This document shows, one piece after another, positions 45,986 to 54,754 of a stretch of 64,000 nt of DNA. The stretch's first letter is position 1. Every line of letters begins with the position of its first letter. The stretch is taken from the NCBI GenBank assembly GCA_965249185.1, contig CBDFLS010000002.1:461594-525593 (forward strand), written 5' to 3'. The translations under genes and the position numbers were made by a program. Origin of the DNA: Dehalococcoidia bacterium. GTDB taxonomy: Bacteria > Chloroflexota > Dehalococcoidia > Lucifugimonadales > Australimonadaceae. The notes beneath the pieces were generated by a model, which worked only from the letters and a program-made list of their open reading frames with translations, had not been told where the DNA came from and did not search any database.

Positions 45986-46576
45986 ATGTGTGTTCGTCCG
46001 GGGTGCACTGCAAAGGCAAAGGCCAAGAACCACGTATCGACGGACGTCTGGAGTAACTTTGGTGCCCCGCGCCACAAGGACATTGATGAGCCGAAGACAC
46101 CAGCCCGCCCCGAGCCTGCGGCTGCTGCGACAGCGCCGGAGCCGACCGTGAAGCCGAAGAGGCCCCAAAGGCCGCGCGGGCAGTCTACCGAAGAGGTGCT
46201 GGCCCTGGCGGCCCGAGGCAAGGACCTCCGACAGATCGCCGACGCCATGCTGGTGACCGATAGCCACCCCTCGATGACGCTCAAGAACGCCTTTAGGCGA
46301 GGGAAGGTAGCGGAGCCCCACCCGAACTGGGTGCCAGCGGTTCGGCGCATTTGGGACCGCAATGCGCCCAAGCCCGCTGGTAACCGGGCAGCTGAATCAG
46401 GGCAAGAGGGGGCGCCAGTGCGCTTCGAAGAGCCGACCCACATGGCCCACCACCGCCTCAAATTCCCCAACGCCGGTAGCGAGCTCGCGTACTACCGGGG
46501 CTTCTACGATGCAGTACGCATGCTAAATAGAGAGCCTCACGATGAAAATGATAGGCGAGGAGCGCGCGCCGAATGA
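45986..46576 (+). CDS. Hypothetical phage protein with LuxR/sigma-r4-like HTH
   Basis: STEEVLALAARGKDLRQIADAML. The N-terminus is uncertain; the frame is open from 45863 without a canonical start. Confidence 0.5.
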   Translation: MCVRPGCTAKAKAKNHVSTDVWSNFGAPRHKDIDEPKTPARPEPAAAATAPEPTVKPKRPQRPRGQSTEEVLALAARGKDLRQIADAMLVTDSHPSMTLKNAFRRGKVAEPHPNWVPAVRRIWDRNAPKPAGNRAAESGQEGAPVRFEEPTHMAHHRLKFPNAGSELAYYRGFYDAVRMLNREPHDENDRRGARAE

Positions 46577-48348
46577 GTAGCCGTTTCCTGGTGGCCGATC
46601 TCTTCTGCGGTGCGGGTGGCAGCAGCACCGGCGCGGAGCGTGCGGTGCGGGAGCTCGACGCCGAGATGGAGCTGGTCTGTGTGAACCATTGGCCGGTCGC
46701 CATCGAAACGCATCGCAAGAATCACCCCACGTCCCGCCACTATGTGGAGGATGTAACGTTGGCCGACCCAGAGCGCATTGTGCCGGAGGGACGCCTGGAC
46801 CTGCTGATGGCCAGCCCGGAGTGCCGCTTCTTCTCGCGTGCCCGCGGCGGCCGTCCTGTCCGTGACCAGTCGCGCATGAACCCTTGGGCGGTGCAGCGCT
46901 GGCTCACCTCACTGGACGTACGCTGCTTGTTGGTGGAGAACGTGACTGAGTTCGTGAAATGGGGACCGCTGACGGCCGATGGCCGTCCTGATCCCTCCAA
47001 GCGAGGCATCTACTTTGAAGCATGGGTCCGGGCTATGTGGGAGATGGGCTACCAGACCGAATGGCGCTATTTGAACGCCGCGGACTATGGGGACGCCACC
47101 ACTCGGACTCGCTTCTTTCTCCAGGCTCGCAAGGACGGCCTGCCCATCCGGTGGCCGGAGCCCACGCACGCGGCGCCAAGCGCCGGGGGGCTCTTCGATG
47201 GCCTCCTCCCTTGGCGGGCCGCCCGGGACGTTATCGACTGGGAGAATAAGGGCAGGTCGCTGCTGGATGATCCTCGCTATCAGAAGCGGCCGTTGAGCGA
47301 TAAGACCCGCATGCGTATCGCCCGTGGGCTTGAGCGGTTCGGTGGTCCCCTGGCCTCTCTGTACATCGGGCTGCTGGACCTGGAGCCGACGGAGGGACCA
47401 GGCGGGCCCGGTCCGCAGCCCTTCGTCATGGGGAAGCAGACCAACCCTGCCTACCGGAGCGTGGATCAGCCTATCCTGACAGTAACGTCGGAGGGCTCAA
47501 TGGCCTTGGTGGAACCCGCTCTGGTGCAATACAACGGCCAGTCCAACGGTGCGTCCGTTGATAGGCCGTTACCCACCCAGACCGGCAAGGCCCGCTTCGG
47601 CGTGGTGAATCCCCTGGTGGTGCCATACGGCCCCAGAGCGGAGGCGCGCAGCGTTGAAGATCCTCTGCCCACCATTCTGACCAAGGACCGACTAGGCCTC
47701 GCTACGCCCTCCCTGGTGGAGGTCGCCCAGGGCGATGACGCCCGGTCAGGGCCGCGCGTCTATTCGACTGAACGGCCTTTGCCGACGGTGACGACGAAGC
47801 GGACCATGGGTCTAGTCAGCCCCATCCTGGTGCAGACGGACCAGCATGGCGGCAATGGCGGCTACTCCAGGTCCGTGGAATCTCCGGCGCCTACCATTGT
47901 TACCAGCCGGAATCTTGGCATGGCGGTGCCAACGGCGGAGCCATTCATTGTCCCGCAGTTCGGAGAGGCGGCCGACCAGATGCCGCGGGTCCACGCCGTA
48001 GACGATCCACTGCCAGCGGTGACCAGCCACGGGGCTGGAGCCCTGGTGCGCCCATCCATCGTCGAGCCGGTCCTGACGCCGGTGGATGGCGAAGACATCG
48101 ACCCGCGGCGGCTGGTTCTCATTGGTGGAAAGCCCTACGTTCTGGACATCCGCTTTCGCATGCTGACGAACCTGGAGCTTGCGCGGGCCATGGGCTTCGA
48201 GGATGGGGAAGCGGCCTATGAGTTCATCGGCAACATGGGCGATGTGACCAAGCAGATCGGGAACGCCGTGGCAGTCAACATGGCCAAGGCCCTGGTGCTG
48301 GCATGCCTGGCCCCAATGGTGGGATATCGAGAGCACCCAGAGGAGTAG
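46573..48348 (+). CDS. DNA (cytosine-5)-methyltransferase with expanded variable region (six tandem PLPT modules)
   Basis: Motif I DLFCGAGG, motif IV ASPECRFFS, motif VI LLVENV, motif VIII TRTRFF, motifs IX/X RMLTNLELARAMGF..QIGNAV. About 230 aa in between hold six x-P-L/A-P-T-x-T modules. Confidence 0.9.
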   Translation: MSSRFLVADLFCGAGGSSTGAERAVRELDAEMELVCVNHWPVAIETHRKNHPTSRHYVEDVTLADPERIVPEGRLDLLMASPECRFFSRARGGRPVRDQSRMNPWAVQRWLTSLDVRCLLVENVTEFVKWGPLTADGRPDPSKRGIYFEAWVRAMWEMGYQTEWRYLNAADYGDATTRTRFFLQARKDGLPIRWPEPTHAAPSAGGLFDGLLPWRAARDVIDWENKGRSLLDDPRYQKRPLSDKTRMRIARGLERFGGPLASLYIGLLDLEPTEGPGGPGPQPFVMGKQTNPAYRSVDQPILTVTSEGSMALVEPALVQYNGQSNGASVDRPLPTQTGKARFGVVNPLVVPYGPRAEARSVEDPLPTILTKDRLGLATPSLVEVAQGDDARSGPRVYSTERPLPTVTTKRTMGLVSPILVQTDQHGGNGGYSRSVESPAPTIVTSRNLGMAVPTAEPFIVPQFGEAADQMPRVHAVDDPLPAVTSHGAGALVRPSIVEPVLTPVDGEDIDPRRLVLIGGKPYVLDIRFRMLTNLELARAMGFEDGEAAYEFIGNMGDVTKQIGNAVAVNMAKALVLACLAPMVGYREHPEE

Positions 48349-48353
48349 AGCTA

Positions 48354-48479
48354 ATGGCAGCTTGGAAGCGATGCCAACAGTGCGGAGTCGAATATGAGGC
48401 GAAGCACGGGCGGAAGGCGTGCCCCCGCTGTGGCGCCTCCATCGGCCAATCCGAGATACGACCGCCGGAGCCTGGATAG
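48354..48479 (+). CDS. Small zinc-ribbon protein (41 aa)
   Basis: Own translation MAAWKRCQQCGVEYEAKHGRKACPRCGASIGQSEIRPPEPG (CxxC..CxxC). Fills the gap between the methylase and HNH genes. Below the ORF-track size cut-off. Confidence 0.45.
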   Translation: MAAWKRCQQCGVEYEAKHGRKACPRCGASIGQSEIRPPEPG

Positions 48480-48480
48480 A

Positions 48481-48924
48481 ATGCCCAACCGCCTGCCCAC
48501 GCCATGCACCTACTTCGGCTGCCCTGCGTTGTCGCTTATGCCGCGTTGCCCTGCCCACCAGCGGCCGCCCTGGGTCGGTCGCTCGCCAGCGGCGCAGCGT
48601 GGCTACTCGTCGGCGTGGCGGAGACTCGCGGCACTGGTGCGCAGGGAAGAGCCCGCTTGCCGCCTCTGTGGCGAGCCCAGCACCACGGTGGACCACATTG
48701 TCCCCAAGGCCAGGGGTGGCACCGACGACCGAGAGAACCTTCAAGGGCTCTGCGCGGCGTGTCATAAGCGAAAGAGTGGGCGAGAAGGTCAGCAGGCGGC
48801 GTCCAAAGGGAGGGGGGGGTCGAAGTCAACAGCCCGCCAAACGAGACCGGCGCGTGCTGTGGCGCGTTTTTGCGCGCAAGTTTCGCAACAAAAGTTGCAC
48901 GGCGGCCGGCCACTGGCCACCTAA
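48481..48924 (+). CDS. HNH endonuclease (terminase-associated type)
   Basis: CRLCGEPSTTVDHIVPKARGGTDDRENLQGLCAACHKRKSG. Lies immediately upstream of the small terminase gene. Confidence 0.85.
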   Translation: MPNRLPTPCTYFGCPALSLMPRCPAHQRPPWVGRSPAAQRGYSSAWRRLAALVRREEPACRLCGEPSTTVDHIVPKARGGTDDRENLQGLCAACHKRKSGREGQQAASKGRGGSKSTARQTRPARAVARFCAQVSQQKLHGGRPLAT

Positions 48925-48940
48925 GCGGGAGACGTATTTG

Positions 48941-49423
48941 ATGGGACGCCGAGGACCAGCTCCGCAGCCGACCGCCATCAAGGAACAACGGGGCAACCCA
49001 GGCCATCGTCGGCTCAACCGCCGGGAGCCGGAGCCAAAGCCTGGGATTCCCACTCCGCCGAGCTGGCTATCCGACCGTGCGAAGACGCACTGGTGGGACA
49101 TCAGCAAGGAGTTGTTCAGGCTAGGCGTACTGACCATCCTGGACCGGGACGCGCTCGCTCTTCTGTGCGATGAGTACGCCGAAGTCATCGAGCTGCGGAT
49201 CTACCTCCGCAGGCATAAGCGGGTTTACACCACAATCAGCCGCATCGGCCAGAAGATGGATCGCCAGCGGCCGGAGGTCCGGCTGCTGAACGAAGCCCGC
49301 AAGCGGTACAAGGCGCTCCTGGAGCAGTTCGGGATGACGCCCAGCTCCAGGACCAGGGTGACCTCGAAGACCGATGATCCTGAAGATGAGCTGGAGGCCT
49401 GGAAGCGGAAGTATGCGGGCTGA
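48941..49423 (+). CDS. Terminase small subunit, P27 family
   Basis: MGRRGPAPQPTAIKEQRGNPGHRRLNRREPEP..IPTPPSWLSDRAKTHWWDISKEL..LGVLT.LDRDALALLCDEY..FGMTPSSR. Confidence 0.85.
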   Translation: MGRRGPAPQPTAIKEQRGNPGHRRLNRREPEPKPGIPTPPSWLSDRAKTHWWDISKELFRLGVLTILDRDALALLCDEYAEVIELRIYLRRHKRVYTTISRIGQKMDRQRPEVRLLNEARKRYKALLEQFGMTPSSRTRVTSKTDDPEDELEAWKRKYAG

Positions 49424-49429
49424 AATTAG

Positions 49430-49900
49430 ATGAGCGGCAAGGCAACAAAGTGGAAGCGGTACCAGGACAAGCGCATGGCCCATTCATTCCTGCTGGGTGT
49501 CATGGCCCGGTTTCGGAAATGGCTGGCGGCCGACCTACCGCGCCAGGGGCAAGCCTTCCCCGCCCAAAAGCTCATGTGTAAGACCTGCGCCTTCCGTTCA
49601 GCGACAGATGATTGGAAGGGCATGGAGGTGACTGTTCTCGGTTTCATGAATGCGATGCGGGAGGGGAAGCCGTTTTATTGTCATGTGGACCCGAGGACTG
49701 GGGAGGATTTTCCAATCATAAATGGTAAGTATTTGGTGCCGGAGGCGATGGCCATGGGGAAGCCTGTTGATGTTTGCGCCGGCTGGTCCGCCGTCGCGCA
49801 TCGCACACCAGAGGAAGTGACGCGCCTCATAGCGGCGGCGGCCAAGGCCTCCGGTATGGTAGAAGAACGGAGAAAGAGCAGAGAGCCATGGCTCAGATAG
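49430..49900 (+). CDS. Hypothetical protein inserted between terS and terL
   Basis: 156 aa. Cys-containing (CKTCAF, YCHV, CAGW). A lower-GC core at about 49640-49760. 13-nt overlap with the terL start. Confidence 0.55.
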   Translation: MSGKATKWKRYQDKRMAHSFLLGVMARFRKWLAADLPRQGQAFPAQKLMCKTCAFRSATDDWKGMEVTVLGFMNAMREGKPFYCHVDPRTGEDFPIINGKYLVPEAMAMGKPVDVCAGWSAVAHRTPEEVTRLIAAAAKASGMVEERRKSREPWLR

Positions 49901-51576
49901 CTGACCCACCCCGCACGGGAGTGACCCAGTACGCCCAGGACGTGATGGACGGCCGGATCCTGGCCGGCCGCCTGGTGCGCCTTGCCGCCGAGCGGCACCT
50001 GCGAGATCTCGACACGGGTCAGGAGCGCGGCCTCTGGTTTGATGATGTGGCGGCTGAGAAGGCCATCAGCTTCTTCGAGCTGCTGCGCCTCGCTGAAGGC
50101 GAGTTCGCAGACAAGCCCTTTGTGCTCCAGCCCTGGCAGGAGTTCATCGTCGGCAGCCTGTTCGGATGGAAGGGAACTGACGGACACCGCCGCTTCCGCA
50201 CTGCCTACATCGAGATGGGCAAGGGCAATGGCAAGACACCGCTGGCGGCGGCCATCGGACTCTATGGCCTGGTGGGTGATGACGAGCCGGGCGCCGAGAT
50301 CTACCCAGCCGCGGTGACCCGAGATCAGGCCAACATCCTCTTTACTGATGCCAAGAAGATGGTCGCCGCTTCTCCAGCTCTCTCCGCACGGATCGAGAAC
50401 CTGGTCCGCAACCTGTCCTATCGAGATTCCTTTATGCGACCGGTCAGCTCGCAGGCCAGGTCCCTGGACGGCAAGCGCGTCCACATGGCACTCATCGACG
50501 AGGTCCACGAGCATCCTTCAGCTCTTGTCGTGGACAAGATGCGGGCCGGCACCAAGGGCCGTCGGCAGGCCCTAATCCTGGAGATCACCAATGCCGGCTA
50601 TGACCGCAACTCGGTCTGCTGGCATCACCACGAATATAGCCGCCAGGTAGTTGAGCAGCCGGATCTGAATGACACCTGGTTTGCCTATGTCTGCGGCCTG
50701 GACGAGGGAGATGACTGGGCGGATGAGGCGGTGTGGCTCAAGGCCAATCCGAACCTTGGCGTCTCTGTGACGCTCAAGTATCTCCGGGAGCAGGTGGCGG
50801 AGGCCAAGGGGATGCCGTCCAAGCAGAATATTGTGCGACGCCTCAACTTCTGTGAGTGGACCGAGCAGTCCACCCGTTGGCTGGACATGGACATTTGGGA
50901 TCTCGGCGCCGAGTCCTTCGACCAGGACGAGCTGCGCGGCCGGATGTGCTACGGCGGCCTGGACCTGGCGAAGTCTAGAGATCTCAGCGCGCTGATCCTG
51001 TTGTTTCCGCCCCAGGCGGAGGGCGAGCGGTGGAAGGTCCTCTGCCGATTCTGGGTGCCGGAGGAGGACATCACGCGGCGCTCACTAAAAGACGGCGTGC
51101 CTTATGAGGTCTGGAGAGACGAGGGATTCATCGAGGCCACCCCGGGCAATTCCACCGACCGCCGATTCATCAACGCTGCCATCGTGGAAACAATGGGCCG
51201 CTACGATGTCCGTGAGATTGCGTTCGACCGGGTATTCTTCGAGGGCTACTCCGAGGAGCTGGCGGACGAGGGAGTGCCCATGGTCCCCTTCGGCCAGGGG
51301 TTCCTGTCCATGGCCGGTCCGACCGCCGAGCTGGACCGGATGCTCCTGGCCAAGGAGATTCAGCACGGCGCCAACCCGGTGCTACGCTGGATGGCTTCCA
51401 ACGTGGTGGTTCAACAGGACGCGGCCGGCAACATGAAACCCGACAAGGCGCGCTCCTCCGAAAAGATCGACGGCATCGTTGCGCTGGTCATGTGCCTGGG
51501 AAGGGCCATGGTGCAAAAGGACGCCGGTCCCTCTGTGTACGACGAAGACCGACCCGACGGGCTCCTGACATTATGA
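49888..51576 (+). CDS. Terminase large subunit (Terminase_1 family)
   Basis: ATG 49888. PFVLQPWQEFIVGSLFGW, EMGKGNGKT (Walker A-like), ALIDEVHE (Walker B), NPNLG, FDRVF..nuclease half. Confidence 0.9.
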   Translation: MAQIADPPRTGVTQYAQDVMDGRILAGRLVRLAAERHLRDLDTGQERGLWFDDVAAEKAISFFELLRLAEGEFADKPFVLQPWQEFIVGSLFGWKGTDGHRRFRTAYIEMGKGNGKTPLAAAIGLYGLVGDDEPGAEIYPAAVTRDQANILFTDAKKMVAASPALSARIENLVRNLSYRDSFMRPVSSQARSLDGKRVHMALIDEVHEHPSALVVDKMRAGTKGRRQALILEITNAGYDRNSVCWHHHEYSRQVVEQPDLNDTWFAYVCGLDEGDDWADEAVWLKANPNLGVSVTLKYLREQVAEAKGMPSKQNIVRRLNFCEWTEQSTRWLDMDIWDLGAESFDQDELRGRMCYGGLDLAKSRDLSALILLFPPQAEGERWKVLCRFWVPEEDITRRSLKDGVPYEVWRDEGFIEATPGNSTDRRFINAAIVETMGRYDVREIAFDRVFFEGYSEELADEGVPMVPFGQGFLSMAGPTAELDRMLLAKEIQHGANPVLRWMASNVVVQQDAAGNMKPDKARSSEKIDGIVALVMCLGRAMVQKDAGPSVYDEDRPDGLLTL

Positions 51577-51586
51577 GGAGGCTAGT

Positions 51587-51769
51587 TTGATTCATAATCT
51601 GCTCCATCGTGTAGACGTCCGTGACCTTATAGCTCTGAGTGGTATAATCGCTGTTGCCGTGGGCCTCTGGATGGTGTACGTTCCGGCAGCATTCATTGTC
51701 ATCGGGACCCTGTTCATCGGCGTGTGGGTGTGGACCTCTCCTCTGTCGAGGCGAGGTGAAGGAGAGTAG
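51587..51769 (+). CDS. Small membrane protein
   Basis: 60 aa, two hydrophobic helices (LIALSGIIAVAVGLWMVYV, AAFIVIGTLFIGVWVW). TTG start. Lies between terL and portal. Confidence 0.45.
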   Translation: MIHNLLHRVDVRDLIALSGIIAVAVGLWMVYVPAAFIVIGTLFIGVWVWTSPLSRRGEGE

Positions 51770-53287
51770 ATGGGCGTCCTGGACCGTCTGCTTGGCCCAC
51801 GGGCACAAAGCAGCCCCATAGACGACTTCTGGTATCAGCCAGTCGGCCTCATGACCAACGCCGGCGTCCGCATGTCGGCTGATACTGCGATGACCTTGTC
51901 CACGGTCTACGCTTGCATCCGTATCCTCGCCAACACCCTTGGAATGCTTCCGCTGCCGATCTTCGAGCACATGACCGACGGAGGCAAGCGACGTGCCCCC
52001 AAACACCCGCTCTACTACGTGCTCCACGACCGGCCAAACAATCGTCAGACCTCCATACAATGGCGCCAGATGATGGTGGGACATATGGCGCTCAGGGGCA
52101 ATGCGTACAGTCAGATCATCTTGGGCAATACAGGCTACGCCACTGAGCTTATCCCGCTGAATCCCGACCGAGTCCGCGTTGAGCTGCTGGAGACGGGGCG
52201 CCTCCGTTACCGGTATCAGCCCCAGAATGGGCGTGAGGAAGTCTTCCTGCAAGACGAGATCCTCCACTTCTCCACCATGAGCTTGAACGGGGTGACGGGG
52301 CTCTCGCTGATCGGCCTGGCCAGACAGTCGTTCGGCCTCACCATGGCGCTGGAGAGCCACGGGGCCAGGTTCTTCTCGCAGGGTGCCCGCCCCGGCGGCA
52401 CGTTGCAGCATCCGGGTAAGCTGGGCAAGGAGGCACACGAACGCCTCCGAGACTCTTGGAAAGAGCACTACGGCGGGCTGGAGGGTGCCCACAGACCAGC
52501 CATCCTTGAGGAAGGCATGGAGTGGAAGCAGCTGAGCGTCAACAACGACGACGCTCAGTTCCTGGACTCCCGCCGCTTTCAGGCCGCTGAGGTGGCCCAG
52601 TGGTTCGGGGTCCCCCTGGAGCTGCTCCAGCTGGAGGGCCGTGGGACGACCTGGGGGACTGGTATCGAGAACCTGCTGATCGCGTTCGTCACGTTCACCA
52701 TGGATCCATGGTTTGTGACCATGGAGCAGACCATCAACAGCAAGCTGGTCCTGCAACCGGACCGCTTCTTCGTTGAGTTCGTCCGCGAGGCCCTCATGCG
52801 AGGAGATGGCAGGAGCAGGTCCACGTTCTACAGCAGGATGGTTCCCCTTGGTGTGATGACCCGAAATGAGGTCCGCACACGCGAGAACCTCAACCCGCTG
52901 CCTGGCCTCGATGCTCCCCTCACCCCATTGAATATGAGCCAGGGGGGCGTCACCCAAAAGGCCATGGTCCTCGCGCTCGATGCGAGCGGCCGCCTGGTGC
53001 GTCGGGAGATCTCGGCGATTCGCAAGGCAGCTCCCAAGTATGCCGACGACCCAGAGGGATGGCGGTCATGGGTGGAGGCCTTCTACCATGACCTTCGAGG
53101 CGACGTGGCTGAGATTACGCATCTGGACTCTTTTGCGGTGGGCGCCTACTGTGAGGACCAGGTCCGCGACCTGATGGCGAATGGCGTGGACGTATTGGAG
53201 CGATGGGACAGGGAACGCCCGGCGGCGCTGGCCGCCCTGATGATGGGAGGAGACGAAGATGCCATTGCCGATACCGAACCCGAATGA
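51770..53287 (+). CDS. Portal protein, HK97 family
   Basis: LSTVYACIRILANTLGMLPL, GNAY, GVTGLS, FFSQGARPGG.L, ILEEGMEWKQLS, AQFLDSRRFQ..EVAQWFGVP. Confidence 0.9.
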   Translation: MGVLDRLLGPRAQSSPIDDFWYQPVGLMTNAGVRMSADTAMTLSTVYACIRILANTLGMLPLPIFEHMTDGGKRRAPKHPLYYVLHDRPNNRQTSIQWRQMMVGHMALRGNAYSQIILGNTGYATELIPLNPDRVRVELLETGRLRYRYQPQNGREEVFLQDEILHFSTMSLNGVTGLSLIGLARQSFGLTMALESHGARFFSQGARPGGTLQHPGKLGKEAHERLRDSWKEHYGGLEGAHRPAILEEGMEWKQLSVNNDDAQFLDSRRFQAAEVAQWFGVPLELLQLEGRGTTWGTGIENLLIAFVTFTMDPWFVTMEQTINSKLVLQPDRFFVEFVREALMRGDGRSRSTFYSRMVPLGVMTRNEVRTRENLNPLPGLDAPLTPLNMSQGGVTQKAMVLALDASGRLVRREISAIRKAAPKYADDPEGWRSWVEAFYHDLRGDVAEITHLDSFAVGAYCEDQVRDLMANGVDVLERWDRERPAALAALMMGGDEDAIADTEPE

Positions 53288-54482
53288 GGACCATGAGGAA
53301 TTCGTGGGCCGCTGTATGGCCGACGAGGAGATGATCGACGAGTTCGAGGACGCCGATCAGAGGCGAGCCGTCTGCGAGAGCCAATGGGAGGGAGGCGAGG
53401 CCAGCGCCAAGCAGTCCTATCCGAGCGTTGCCCAGGCGGTCCTCGGAGAGCCATGGGCCATTCGCTCCGAGACATTCCATGTCATCTGTGAGCTGGTTCG
53501 TGATCGGGTGGCTGGCCACAAGCTCTCGGCTCAAGAGATCGAGACTCGTGTGGGCGCCGCCCGGATCCGGCCAGGTGCGGCCAGGTCCGGTGCCATCGCG
53601 GTGCTGCCGCTCTTCGGAGTGTTGTCCCAGCGGATGAACATGATGTCCGCCATGAGCGGCGGTACCAGCTTGGAGAAGTTTGGTGAGGTCTTCCTCCAGG
53701 CCATGGGCGACTCGACCATCAGCGCGGTGGTGATCGACGTGGACTCACCAGGCGGCTCCGTATTCGGAGTTGAAGAGCTGGCGAACATCATCTATGGGGC
53801 GCGTGGCAGCAAGCCGATTGTTGCCGTGGTCAACTCCATGGCGGGCAGCGCCGCCTATTGGATCATCGCTGCCGCCGATGAGATCGTGGTCACCCCGTCT
53901 GGTGAGGTTGGCTCCATCGGCATCCTGGTAGCCCACGAAGACCTGAGCGGCATGGCAGAAAAACTTGGCGTCAAGACTACGCTCCTCAGCGCGGGCAGGA
54001 AGAAGATTCTTGGCAACCCATTCGAGCCCCTGAGCGAGGAGGCGCGGGCGGACATCGAGGACCGCATAGACGGCTACTACACCGCTTTCGTGGGTGCCGT
54101 GGCCAGGGGTCGGGGAGTAACGCCGGCCAACGTGCGCGCCGGCTTCGGCGAGGGAGGCATGGTGCCAGCCAAGGAAGCTGTCAGACTTGGGATGGCCGAC
54201 ACCGTAGGAACACTCCGGGAGACACTTGACCGCCTAGGCGGCCGAGAATCCCAGGCCTCGGGAACTAGGGCGGAACTGGTCGAGACGCCAGCCTCAGCGG
54301 GTTCGGCGGTTTATCATCTGACCGGGACCGAAGTTGAAGTGACTGAGCGGACCGAGACGACGGGCTCGGATGGTACGGAAGTTAGGACCGACCTGATTGA
54401 CCCGACTGAGCCGACTGAGCCGACTGAGCCGAGCGATCTTAAATTGCGAGCCCGCCAGCTGCGGCTGGCACGTAAATCGTAA
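53259..54482 (+). CDS. Prohead protease, S49 (SppA/ClpP-fold) family, with N-terminal Cys-motif domain and scaffold-like tail
   Basis: AVVIDVDSPGGSV, VAVVNSMAGSAAYWIIAAADEIVVTPSGEVGSIGI. N-terminal PNPNEDHEEFVGRCM..QRRAVCESQW. C-terminal (PTE)3 encoded by a 9-nt repeat at 54401-54432. Confidence 0.85.
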   Translation: MPLPIPNPNEDHEEFVGRCMADEEMIDEFEDADQRRAVCESQWEGGEASAKQSYPSVAQAVLGEPWAIRSETFHVICELVRDRVAGHKLSAQEIETRVGAARIRPGAARSGAIAVLPLFGVLSQRMNMMSAMSGGTSLEKFGEVFLQAMGDSTISAVVIDVDSPGGSVFGVEELANIIYGARGSKPIVAVVNSMAGSAAYWIIAAADEIVVTPSGEVGSIGILVAHEDLSGMAEKLGVKTTLLSAGRKKILGNPFEPLSEEARADIEDRIDGYYTAFVGAVARGRGVTPANVRAGFGEGGMVPAKEAVRLGMADTVGTLRETLDRLGGRESQASGTRAELVETPASAGSAVYHLTGTEVEVTERTETTGSDGTEVRTDLIDPTEPTEPTEPSDLKLRARQLRLARKS

Positions 54483-54663
54483 GAGATCTCCAGTCATTAC
54501 CCAGCTGATTCACGGGGGTCCTCGACCAGCTCAGGGGTTGACAGTACCCTCCAGGCCGTGCGACCCTTTGCGCTGTTAGCACAACATATAGTAGTGGTCT
54601 GGTGTCAGGCCCGCCCGAAGGTGGGAAACAGCACCAGATGACACGGCGTTAGCACTTCCGACG

Positions 54664-54720
54664 AAGACGCGAACCCGTGGGACCGACAATGATCGGTGCC
54701 CGGATCGCGTCTTTTCTTTT
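54664..54720 (+). terminator. Terminator-like branched hairpin with U-run just upstream of the capsid gene RBS
   Basis: AAGACGCGA (54664-54672) pairs with TCGCGTCTT (54705-54713), followed by TTCTTTT. An inner ACCGA..TCGGT stem. Confidence 0.4.
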
Positions 54721-54754
54721 ATCCGCCACGGCACCACCAAGAAGGAGAGCGCAC

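Noticed and set aside
54401-54432. 9-nt tandem repeat (CCGACTGAG x3.5) as a regulatory element
   Set aside because: It is in frame within the protease/scaffold tail and encodes (PTE)3. It is simple coding microsatellite variation.
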